Below, in pieces: positions 52,461 through 64,000 of a DNA stretch of 64,000 bases (position 1 is the stretch's first letter; every line of letters starts with the position of its first letter). The stretch comes from Squalus acanthias (Eukaryota). Under the pieces are notes generated by a model that saw only the letters and a list, made by a program, of their open reading frames with translations, was not told the origin of the DNA and searched no databases. The translations under genes were made by a program, and so were the position numbers. The stretch is from assembly GCA_030390025.1 (NCBI GenBank), contig CM059437.1:52948001-53012000 (forward strand), given 5' to 3'.

Positions 52461-55400
52461 GAAGGGACTATTACTCCATGGCTCCTGGGTTGTTAGCTTC
52501 CTAGGGATCTCCTTTGCTGTGCAAGTCTATCCTTGGCCATCCGTTGTCATCCTTTGCCCTTTTTCCCCCAACCTCATCTCTTTCCCTGTTTAAGTTCCCC
52601 ATGCTCGAACAGTGGGTGCATTTAGCCCTGACTACAAGTTCAAGCTGCAAGTATAAAGTTACCTGGGCCTACCGCACATTCGCAGTCCATGCTTGACCTT
52701 TGTTTTCATCAGTGAGCACTGGATCTTTGCTCAAATTAGGCTTTCAAATTCCAAAACCAAGTTGCTTCACTGGACTAAACTGGTCTGCATTGTAAGACTC
52801 AGCTGCTGTGACTCTGATTTTCTATTCAGTTACTTAAGTTTTAAGGTAACTTTTCTAGTCTACAGCTCATCCCCACCGCTGCTGTTACCTGCTGAGCTTA
52901 CGACTGCCCTAATGGTCTTGCTAGTTTATCAGCTTTTTTTTGCTACATTGTAAATCCTGGCCAGAAATTCACTCTCCTGTACCAAGTCCAGTGCTCTGCT
53001 TCCGTTGGATCTTATAGTGACCTCCAAATTATTTTCAATTTTTCTGCCTTGCGATCGATTCTGCACACCTCCCGGCTCTTCATTCCTTCGGGAATACATC
53101 CAGCCATGTGTCCTCCGATATTCTACCCATTAAATAGCTTCTGGACACACTCGCCCTCCACATTTGTCTCTGAACCTGGAAATCAGTTCGACGATGCTTC
53201 AAGCTGACTCCACTCAATCTACCTCAACTTTATTCCACCACGGGAACTCTGACTTTAATCTTGGACTCCCTCTTACTGTCGTCTCTCTATTTCCGTTTAT
53301 TACCAGGGCATATCTATCCAAATCTTGCTATTTAACCACGTCTACGTAACTTGAGTTTCCCTGTGTCCATTCATGTGCACGTTTTGGCTGCCACTTCGCT
53401 TATTCACTTCTATTTCCCCTTTTATTCCTTTTTCTTGACTCCTCCTAGTCGCCATGCCTCCTTTCATTTCTCCCCTCTCAGGTACTATGCAACGTCCCCC
53501 ACCCCCCCCCCCCCCCCCGACTCCGCCAAATCCATACCCCAATCCTTCAGCACTCATTGACCTTCCCACTCTCCTGCCGCCAACCCAGGCTTGACTCCCT
53601 CTTAGATAAGGTTACAGCTTCCGACTCTGACTCTCTTGGCCTACTCCAAAGTACTCATCATGGTATTCGTCGCTGTCTCCTGATGAGTAGCAATACAAAC
53701 TTCCCCATCCTACTCCCTCAACAACCTTCCCGCCCAGCACGCCCGCTGGGGGCTGATCTTGGCAATTTCCTATCCAGCACTCTCAACCCTCCCAGCGCTG
53801 CCACCATGGACTTTGACAATGGATCAGCGATCACCGTCCCTTTCCACATCTCCGTCCAGAATGTCCGTTCACTTATGACCAAGATCCTTGCCATCCGTGA
53901 GTTAATTCTGGATTACTGCATCGACATCATGGCCGTGACAGAAACTTGGCTAACAGGTGAGAACACCTTCCCACATAATGAAGTCTCCCCACCTGGCTAT
54001 GACTTCCACCACTTGCCCTGTCCAGATACCGTGGTAGCAGTGTGGCTCTTATCAGCAAATCACGCATTGGTCTGTCCCCCTACTCTTCTGGCACCTTCTC
54101 TCAATTCACTTACAACGGCACTTTCGCATTCCTGACTGTCTAGTCATTGGCCCTCAATTTACCATGACATTTCTGCAGCTACCTATATGCTCAAACTTGC
54201 TTTCCTCTAACAAAACTGCTCGCAATTTCAGGGACATCTGGAATAAAAAGATAACCCCGGCTTCTCTTCTTCACTCCAAGTCGTCTCCAAAAACTCCCTC
54301 CGCTGCCTCCTTCACTCTCACGTCCAACAAGTGCGAAGAGCTCATATTGTCACTAATATTGAGACCATTCATTCAGCTGCCTCTTCTGCTTCACTACCTT
54401 CCCCTAGCCAACAAAGGCAAACTTTCCCTGAGGTTCTCCGCTTCTCTACCGCTGAACTCAAATCTTACTCTAGTTTCTCGCCTGTCTCAACTCATGCCCT
54501 CTCTGAACTCATCTTGTCCATGAGACCCACCTCCTGCTCCCTCGACCCAATTCCCACTGAACACTCAACTTTCCTTCGTGATCCCTATGTTTGCTTATAT
54601 TGTTAACGATTCCCTCTCTTCATGTACTGAGTCCCTCCCCTTCAAATCTGCCGTCATCAACCCCGCCTCTAAAAACCTAACCATGACCTCTCTGTCCTTG
54701 CAAACTAACGGCCCATCTCCAACTTGCCTTTCCTCTCCAAAGTAATTGAACAAGTTTTTGCCTCCCAAATCCGTGCCCATCATACCTGCAATTCCATGTT
54801 TGAACCTCGAATCAGGTTTCTGTAATGAAAGGGCCCTCACAAAAGATGGCATTCTCTGTGACTGTGAAAGTTTTAAATTATCCCTCCTCATCTTTCTCGA
54901 CATGTCTGCAGCTTTTAACATGGCTGACCAGGCCATCCTCCTCCAACGCCTCTACTCCCTCCAGCTTGATGGAATTCCACCCTTGCCTCAGTTATCTGTT
55001 GCTGAAAACCTCATCCATGCCTTTGTAACCTCTAGACGTGACTATTCTAATGCTCTCATGGCCAGCCTCCCAACTTCGACCCTCCATAAACTTGAATTCA
55101 TCTAAAACTCTGCTGCCCTTATCTTAACTCGCACCACTTTCTGTTCACCCAGCAGCCCTGAGCTTCCTGAACTACATTGGCTCTGGTCCGGTAATGCCTT
55201 GGTTTTAAAATTCTCATCCTATTTTCAAATCCCTCTATGGCCTCGCCCCTCCCTATCTCTCTAACCCCCTCAGCCCTACAGCAATCTGAAATCTCTGCGC
55301 TGCTCCAATTCTGGCCTCTTGCACATTCCCAATTTTGATCGCTCCTTCGTTGGCGGCAGTGCCTTCAGCTGCCTGGGACCTCGGCTCTGGAATTCTCTCC

Positions 55401-58400
55401 TAAGCCTCTCCGCCTCTCTACCTCGCTCTCTTCCATTAAGACGCTCCTTAAAACCAAGGTCCTTGCCTGTCCGAACATCTTCTCTTGTAGCTCGGTGTCA
55501 AATTTTGTTTTAAAGCACTCCTGTGAAGCGCCTTTGGACGTTTTACTAGGTTAAAGGTGCTATGTTAATGCAAGTTGTTGTTTTGCTTTTGGAGTAAAAA
55601 TAAAGTGCATGGATAATGAAAGATCACGGGGTCCTAATTGAGAATAAATTGAAGCTATCGCAGCAATCCTCGGTGGCAGTGAGTAAAGTAAATCTGACGT
55701 TGGCGTGCATTAAGAGGTTAATATTGAGCTGAAATAGTAAGGTAATCCTGTCACTTTATAAATCGTTGGTGCAACAACACTTAGAATACTGTGTACAGTT
55801 CGGCTCACCAGAGTACAACAACGGTATTGCAGCTATTTCAAACATACAGGTGCCAGCAATCATTATGATTGACGCGATGGAGAAATGGATTATGAGGTGC
55901 AATTATGTAAATTGTGCATGCTCTCACTGGAAATAACAAGGTCGAGAGCCGATAGGATTGCTGTTTTTAGGATTCTAAAGGGACTAGATAATGTAAACCA
56001 TCACAAGCTATTTCAGCTTGTCCAGAGCAGTAGAGCTAGAGGTCATAGCCTGCGCTTGAAGATGGTTACATTAAAAACTAACGTGTGAAAACAATATTTC
56101 CATGAGTGAGTGTTCAATTTTACAACAGACTCCGTGGGGAGTTGATGGAAGCGGTTAGCATTGATTCATTCAAATGTAAATTAGATAGAGTTGTTTCCGA
56201 AATTAATATTTTGGGATACAGTATATGAGCAAATACAGACATGACAGGTGGTAAGTGTAGAATCCTTGGGAGGAACAGGTGACTTTGGACGTATAGATCG
56301 CAAAGATCTCCTCCACTGGGTTTCCTCGCATCTTGTCCGTATCTGTTGTAGACTAATTGATAGAGATCGATTGCTCTGATTAGTCAGCAACTCCGTCACC
56401 GTTGATCAGGCGGCTATCAGATGGTAGGAGGTGAACTAGATGGACTTCGATCGTTTTTCGTCTAGCAACTCCTATGATCCTGAAGGAAAACTCATCAATA
56501 AACTGTCATTAGAGCAGCTGATGGGAAAATATTCAAGAAGAACATTTAAAAGAAGGAATTACCATCAAGAAAAACAGATTTCAAAACGGAAGGCAGTGGA
56601 AAGCGATGATCACCAGTCGTCGATAACTGACAGTAAAAATTTAAAAAATAGGTTAATAATGAAAAGTTGGGAACAAGAACACAACCGGAGAACTAAAGGA
56701 AGAGAGTGAAAAATTAAGAACTGACACGAGCTATAAAACGCAATCTCTAGGGTGAAAACAAAGAGTTTGACGATTGACACGGTAAAAGAGAAAGATTGAC
56801 AGATTTAAAAAGAACCTAGACAACAAATTATAATTATGATTTTCCAAGGAGCGATCGTAATTTTGGAAAGAAACCCAGCAGGAAGCAGAAGGTCCGAAGA
56901 AAATTAAAGACCCGAGCTCGGAAAGTTCAAAGAATGATGTTATGTCATCTTATGTTTTATCTTGTTACCAGCCTTTTGTGTTCATTAACTGTATACTCAT
57001 TGACCTTCTCTATATGATGAAGTACATGGAGCAGACGATTAACAACTATTTGCGGTGGTTGAAATAATCAGCAACCCTGACTGTTCTCAGTCCAAAGGCC
57101 TTATTTAGACTTCCTTTAGTGCAGGAACAAAAAAGTCCGTATCATAAAGTCCATAATTCTTCGGATCCTCCTCAGTGAATGTGAGATATAGAACACTCAC
57201 TTAAAACCTTGAAACTTAACTTTGAACCGGAATAGTGCTCATCACAGACACGCAAGTTAATCAGAAATTAGACCTTGTCATTATAAGAAGCTCACGTCAC
57301 CGTGACATTTACGCAAAAGTGTTCAAATACTATAAGTGAAAATAAAAAATATTGCAATCATAACACGCTATATAATAAGAACGAGCAGGAACATTAATCC
57401 CACCAAGGATACTATCTCACATTCCAAACAACCTCCCACTTTCATGCTTCTCAAGGATAGATTTCCCTTTTCCACGTCGGCATTAGTTGTTGCATATGTA
57501 CCAAATGTTCTTGTGAAGCTCCGGCTCCTCTCTGTTATAGTTCATAGGCTTAGAGACAAAGGAGAAATGGGGTGCTCAGATCTTACAATTGTCTTTAAAG
57601 CTTCAGCTTGCAGTGAAACGTGTACTTCGATTATTTGGTAATTCTTCCTCTGAGTTACAAACACAGGCTGATAACGTGCTCTGTAGGACGTTGCTTCTGC
57701 AAATTTAACTATAGTATATGAAATGAATCTAAAGTAAGTAATTATTTTGCATAAAATAATTTCCCTTACTATTTCTCAATCTCAGTCTCTAACAGCCATC
57801 CCACCTCCCGCGTTATTGTGGAATATTGAGGGATTTACCTAAGACCCACATCTCATCTTGTTAGCATCACATCTCTATCAGAATCATTTGCTGATCCAGT
57901 CTAAGTACAATCTGATTAATATTACACCTCCTACTACTGCCAAATAAAATCATAATACATTATACAGAAAGTTGCAGTGAAAACTAAGCTCCCCCCGCCA
58001 TACACAACCATGTTATCACGAAATCGCCCCCTAAACTTAAAAGATCCCCCCAGCACTCCTTTTGTCTTTTCCATCTGATAAATAATTCTGCATAAGTACT
58101 CGTTATCCCTGGCCCGCATTTATACCAATTTCTGTGTAAACTCAAGGGAACCTAACCCTAAATTTTAGAATTCCAATTTATACGTCCTTCTCGACTGATA
58201 ACTATTTATGTGTTTAACTCTATTTTGATATTTTCAGTAATTTGTTCTGAAGAATTGTGGACTTTTCAAGATGAATTTTCACTTGCTGAAAGAGCAGAGT
58301 TTGGTTCAACAAAGCATGGAACACGGCACAGTTAGATTTCACTTTTCAAGACGGCATTCTGGGAAGATTGACCAAGTTCAAATGATTCTGCGACGACACT

Positions 58401-58574
58401 TTCGCAGATATCAGGTTTGAGGTGAAAGATAAGACAGCTGCCAAGCGAAGCCTTGAAAGTCTGTGGGAATGGTATAATAGCAGCCATTCTAAAGTGAAAG
58501 ACGGGCAGACCAGAGACAGACAAAACGAAACTACAAAAGATGTCAACTAAGAATTAGCCCCTCAGTCTCCCGAA

Positions 58575-61441
58575 GCCGAATAATTTGACCATTCCGAGTT
58601 TCGATTTGTACGACTGACCATCACAGTGCCCTCTTGGCCACAATACTGAATTAAGAGCCACCACAAGGCAAACATTCCAAACCAACTTTATACATCTATC
58701 TATCCAATATTACATCAAAAAATCAACGAATCACCCTTGTGCATTCCCTTAGGGACAATCTGGTGTCCACATTTGCCTAACCTAGTGATCCTACGCAGTG
58801 CTACCCCATTGGCTGCATCGTGGCTAGTGGAAGGCTTCTGCCTTTCAGTGTAGGTAACGGCAGATGGCCGAGCAGGACGACCTCGAGGAGTCGTGGGCCT
58901 AGTAGGCCTGGCTTCGAAATGAACCAGCATGGGTGTCAGCGGCTTGGGGTGGCTAGCTGACAGGCAGCAGCAAGGGCACTGACGGAGTGGCAGTGGTTGG
59001 AGTACAAATGCTGTCATCCTGGGAGAGGAGAGCAGCGTCGGCCTCCACACATCCATTGCCACTCCCCCAGTGCAGCGTCTTCGAAATCCTAGTAATCTAA
59101 TGCAGTAGAGACTGCTGGACTGCTGTGACAACCTGCAAGCGCCTTTCAACACTGGTAAACCCAGCCATGATGACAGCTGTCTGTTCTTACGTGGCAGCAA
59201 GCTGATGTTGCATGACTACACTCTGAGCTTCCATTGCATCACTCTGACGTCGTGCGGCTTCCGCTTGTGCTGCAATCGAAGCTGTGACTCAAGCCATCGG
59301 AGACGGCATTATGGTTGGGTTCACAAGTGCGTTAATGGAACTGCTCATCCCTTCCACGCTGGAAAGGTTGGGCTCCAAGCTCTGACCAAAGCCCTATGCT
59401 GGACTCCTGCATGATCCTTAACATTGCATTCAGGCTTTCTGGCAGGTCTGCCAATGCACCAAACATTTCATTGTGTATACCCATCAGCATTCTTCTGTAG
59501 GCCACCCCATCAATGTCTTCACCTGAGTCTTGTGCAGTAGAACTCGTCTACGAGCTTGCCCTCTGGGCAGCTGCCACCTGCACTATCCTTTGTCGCTGTC
59601 CTGGCTGCAGCTCACTCGTGCCCAGTGTCCCACCACGTGCTAGATCCCATAGCAAGCCTATCCTCTAAAGTATGCAGTGTACTACTATCTGAGCTAGGTG
59701 GCTGGGTGTGTGAAATCGAGTGATGATGTTTCTTCTGCTTCACTCTCCACTCCCTCATCTTTTTGAGCCGCTTGCTGGGGAGGCTGGCAGTTCTGGATTT
59801 CTTGAAATGTGAAAGGCAAAAGGGTACGATTGTGGTGTCGGGAGGGGGAAAACAAGAAGTGCATGCTTACACCATGTGCATACTGTAAATCAGGGGATGT
59901 TCTCGTTCAGGCCAACATCCCCAGCATCGAAGTTTTGACCACGCTCAATCAGCTCCGATTGATGGGCCACAGCGTCTGCATGCCCGATACGAGACTCCCA
60001 AAACAAGCACTCTACTCGGATCTCCGACACCGCAAGAGAGTCCCAGGTGAGCAGAGGAAAGGCTTCAAGGACACCCTCAAAGCCTCCGTGAAAAAGTGCA
60101 ACATCTCCACCGACACCTGGGAATCCCTGGCCCAAGACCGCAAAAAGTAGAGGAGAAGCATCCGGGAAGGCACCGAACACCTTGAGTCTCTTCGCCGGGA
60201 GCAAGCGAAAGCCAAGCGCAAACAGCGGAAGGAGTGCACGTCAACCCAAGCACCACACCCACCCGCCCCTTCAACCACCGTCTGCCCCACCTGTGACAGA
60301 GACTTTCGGTCCCGCATTGGACGCATCAGTCATCTGAGCACGCATTTTTAGTGTGGAAGCAAGTCATCCTCAGTTCCGAGGGACTGCCTAAGAAGAGAAG
60401 ATTGTAAATCAGAAGAGATTGTGGGATGAAGGGCAAGTGGGATGTGATAAGGAGGATAATGTACCGGCATATTGTATTCTTTCAGCCCCGCCGCTGGCCA
60501 GAGGCTCAGCCATGCCCATGCCAAGAATGGCCATCACCGTCTCTTCTATTAGGGTGCAAACATGCAGGTGAGCCTGTGCCCCACTGAATAAGTTCTGCTG
60601 GCGACGGGTAAGTGCTTCATTTTCCTGAAAGGGAAAGGGAAGTTTGTCAGTGAGTGTGGTGTAATATGTTTGGGTGATATGTCTGCCATGGCTGAAAAGC
60701 TGACAGTGTTATCCCGCTGTGAGATGTGGATGTGAGGCTTGCAGTAGTGCTAAGTTTTGTGGCTGAGGTGAAGACATGAATGTGAGGTGTGAGTCGTGTT
60801 TGGTAGAGATTTTTGGTAGGTAAGTGATGGGGAGTGGTGCATTGAGCATTGTTGAGGCAGGTCGGATATGGCATTTGAAGATGAATTGACTGATCTTGAC
60901 CACTTTCTGAGGTCATTAAATTTCATCCTGCACCGAGTCGAGGTCCTCAGCTCAACAATGCTGACATTTACCACTGTGGCTATCTGCTCTAATGGCAGTT
61001 TGGTATGATGCCTTATGGGATTCCAGGCCCCCGGGGAAAGAGGACCTCTCTCCTGGAGTTAACCTTCTGGTCCAAGAGCTCCAGTGCTGCATAGGAGGAC
61101 CTAGGCGCACGCTGTTGTGCCAGCATGATAGCTTTCGACACCACTTCCCAGCCATTTCAATCACCTGTTGAAGGTAGAAGATACCTCCCTTTAAGAGGTG
61201 CAGACTGCCTTTAAGTAGTGCAGGCTAACTTTAATTGGAATATGCTTCGCAGGAACTTGGGCCGCTTGCTGAGCGTTCATCCACACAGCAGCGCGTTCAA
61301 CGCTGGGCAGAACGCTAAGATCATGTTAATCAGCAGACAGCACTAAGTTTGCGTGCTGCCTGCAGTGCTCTGAACGGGCGGGGATGGATTGTGCATCGCA
61401 ATCCCCGCGCTCGTTTGCGGACGTTATCCAATTTTTAGACC
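58575..61441 (-). mobile_element. Harbinger-type Myb/SANT element, unit 3 copy (RTE-interrupted)
   Basis: Colinear with 37990-40335; includes CRMKFNDLRK at the end of the Myb domain. Confidence 0.65.
59894..60400 (+). mobile_element. 5'-truncated RTE-clade LINE, specific to unit 3
   Basis: QLRLMGHSVCMPDTRLPKQALY...RKGFKDTLKAS, a C-terminal CPTC..SHLSTH finger and a (gaa)-rich tail. 12-bp TSD a(c/t)tgtaaatcag at 59882-93 and 60401-12. Confidence 0.9.
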
Positions 61442-62394
61442 AAGATGTACACCCGCACCCCACCCACACCCCCGCAACCCCCAATCGCCCCATTCCACTT
61501 TGTTACACTTGGTCTTATCTGCCCATGTGCCATGCCAACGGAGATCGACTAGAACTACCTATTAATAACATATAAATTATATGAACTATAATGACATAAT
61601 ATATCAAAAGTAACACTAGATAGAAGTAATATAGTTCCACATATGGATTTAAGATATGCAGAATTGATAACATGCGACGCCAGACGCCACGACAATATTC
61701 TAACTCACTGGGGGTAATTTTGAATTTAGACGGTGGTGTAAAGCACGGGATAGCGTCTCGGCCACCCATTAAACACGTTTCCCGATTGTCGGTTCATTGA
61801 AATCAAATGCAATAACAAAATTAGTGCCAACATTTCAAGTTCACGTGCTGTTAGCGTCCTTCTGATCAAATTTTGTACCGCATTCCAATAGCGCAGAGAT
61901 ATCAGGCATATCTGCCAGAAATATACACGCAAGATAGTCAGAATCTTCTCCCAACGCCACGTGATCTGAAAGAATTTAAGTGAAATGTTTCATCCGCCGG
62001 GTGCTTTCGATCAGAGAGCTCCAGTACAGAATGCCTAATATTAGCATGTGAGACCATGGTCCCGAAATGATTTTCTTAGGTGCACGTTTCAGGTGGAATA
62101 TTTCTTTTCCTTCTCCCTTGGTATCTAAAATGGTCACGAATATTATGATATAAGTTAGGAAAGTGTTTTCAGTTATAACAGGACTATGAGACTGCACAGA
62201 ACAATATGCAATTTAAATGAAAAATGTTACGGATTGCGTCAAATTGGATACCAAGAAAAGTATGAGGTAAATTATTCTTAATTCTATTTTTTAAAATGAT
62301 TCAAAATATGCAGAATCAACAAAACACGAATACCATCCCTCACCTTCCTGGTAGATTGCGATTAATTTGACACAAAGTAAGAATCTGGCAGTTT

Positions 62395-62470
62395 CTGATT
62401 GGCGTCAAGGTGCAGCCTGATTTGCACAAATGTGAAGCATGTCGCAACACCTCTTCACACGGTTCATAAG
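62395..62470 (+). promoter_or_regulatory. Degenerate V promoter of cluster 4
   Basis: CCAAT element intact; octamer changed to ATTTGCAC (62420-27). Confidence 0.75.
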
Positions 62471-62546
62471 AAAAGTTGGAGAGGAACTTTAGAACCCACT
62501 TCATCGGGAAACTATCGGTGTGTCTGAGCTCCTTTAATTCGTTACA

Positions 62547-63069
62547 ATGTCTTACTGGTTCCGTGTTATCAGTGTGTTGGTGTTTTGCGTAGTTGGTGAG
62601 TATTTTGCTTTCACTGCCTGATTAGATTTCACCTTTAAGATCATGAACTGCAAAACTTCTCACCCCATTTTAATTGCAAAATTATTGCTCTCACTGTCCT
62701 GCCTCTTTCCTGACTTTGCTCCTTATTTTCAGATTTAAACGCGCAAGAATCAGCCGCTTTCGATGTCAACTTCTCCGGGAAAGGACATCCAAATAAGTTG
62801 TACCCTGTCTGGTGCCAATTTAGGAAGAGATACTGTCTCCTGGTTCCAGCAGATTCCTGGGAACACGCCCCGGCTTCTAGTCTACTATTGGTCGGGAAGC
62901 AGCATTTGCAGAGGCCCGGGTATTTCAGAACGTTTCTCCGGCTCCGTATCAGGCAACACGGGAACTTTTACCGTGTCTAATGTGCAATCAGAGGACGCTG
63001 CGGACTATTACTGTGCTATGTGGTCTAGCGGTTTAATCTTCGGTAAAGGGACGAGACTAAGTGTTGGCA
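62547..63069 (+). pseudogene. IGL: Cluster 4 leader (62547-62595) and germline-joined VJ (62733-63069), frameshifted
   Basis: caagaatcagccg replaces caagttacggtaaaccagccg, an 8-nt deletion in FR1. The spliced frame stops at TAA 62978-80. Confidence 0.88.
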
Positions 63070-64000
63070 GTAAGTAAAATCACTTCATTTGTAGAGTTCT
63101 ATGTTTTGTTTATCTTAAAGCCAAATATTTAAGTTGCTTAATGATTTATTTGGCTCAATTCAATTGCTTTTCAAAGTGAGATTTTCGAAATAATCTGATT
63201 TTTTTACCGAGTCTCCCTTGGCACCTCAGTTGGAAGTAACACATCCTAAATGGGCGATGACGGTCCAGTTTCAGAAGTTTTCACCTGTTGTTACTTCAGG
63301 TTGCATCCCCACTTGGTGCTGAATTGACTTATCCCAAACCAGGATAAGAATTGGACTCCAAATCGCCGAGTTACGCAATGGGAATGATCAATCAATGTTC
63401 GCTTCCTAGTGATTGTGTTCGAAGTTGCGTTGACTGCATCTCAGGTGACAGAGGCGAGCCATGGAATGATGCTCGGTCACAAACCCGACTAACAGCCAGT
63501 GTCTAGGCTCGCATGAGAAGTACGGGAGAGCGACTGGCGCCCGTGCAACCACAGTCCCGTGGACGCCAACGCTTTTAAGAGAAGAATGCAAATTGGAAGG
63601 AATCAAATTCTACAACGTATCTTAAATTCTGTTTCCAATGAAATACCCTGTAATATCTCTAAACGCACTTACTTGAATTAATTACCGTGGTCCTGAACTG
63701 CTTTAGCATTGATTTGATCGGCCTGGCATTAATCATAATAATAAGACTCAAATTTGTTTAATAATACGAGATTTGATTTTATATTTCTGAAATGGTATTC
63801 GTTTTCAACAGCGACAGCGTAGAGGATTAGTAATCGATAGAGAGATATGCTCTCGCAATGTGTTAGATACGTGAGAACAGGTTCGTTCGAGTGCTCTTAC
63901 AGTTTCCCTTAAATAGCCATCACAGTGAAGCTTCCTGCAACGGTTACGACGTGACTAATACATGGAGATTGGAGGCAATCCCTTTTCTACTAATTAAAGT

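Larger units (their letters stand above)
987..64000 (+). repeat. Tandem segmental duplication: units 987-23895 (22.9 kb), 23896-44631 (20.7 kb) and 44632 to beyond 64000
   Basis: Colinear homology across exons, introns and spacer repeats. Confidence 0.95.

Overview
Eukaryotic, intron-containing DNA from a cartilaginous fish (shark/ray; species cannot be determined from this window). It is a head-to-tail tandem array of immunoglobulin light-chain clusters, all on the + strand, with a period of about 21-23 kb. Each cluster is: octamer promoter, 49-nt leader exon, 137-bp intron, germline-joined VJ exon without RSS, about 2.6-kb intron, C exon, poly(A) signal. The window holds the C exon of cluster 1 (987-1309), two complete intact genes (cluster 2: 20759-24218; cluster 3: 41440-44954; each 238 aa) and the leader and VJ of cluster 4 (62547-63069). 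Cluster 4 is a pseudogene, with an 8-nt frameshifting deletion and a mutated octamer. The C domain is of the elasmobranch type II (lambda) kind, but the V domain has an unusually long CDR2. The 16.5-19.5 kb spacers are a shared, co-amplified mosaic of CR1, L2, SINE and two Harbinger-type Myb/SANT elements. They also carry unit-specific insertions (young CR1s, a TIR MITE, two head-to-head solo LTRs, an RTE) and microhomology deletions. No rRNA, tRNA gene or CRISPR array is present. Repeat-family names come from motif recognition, not database searches.
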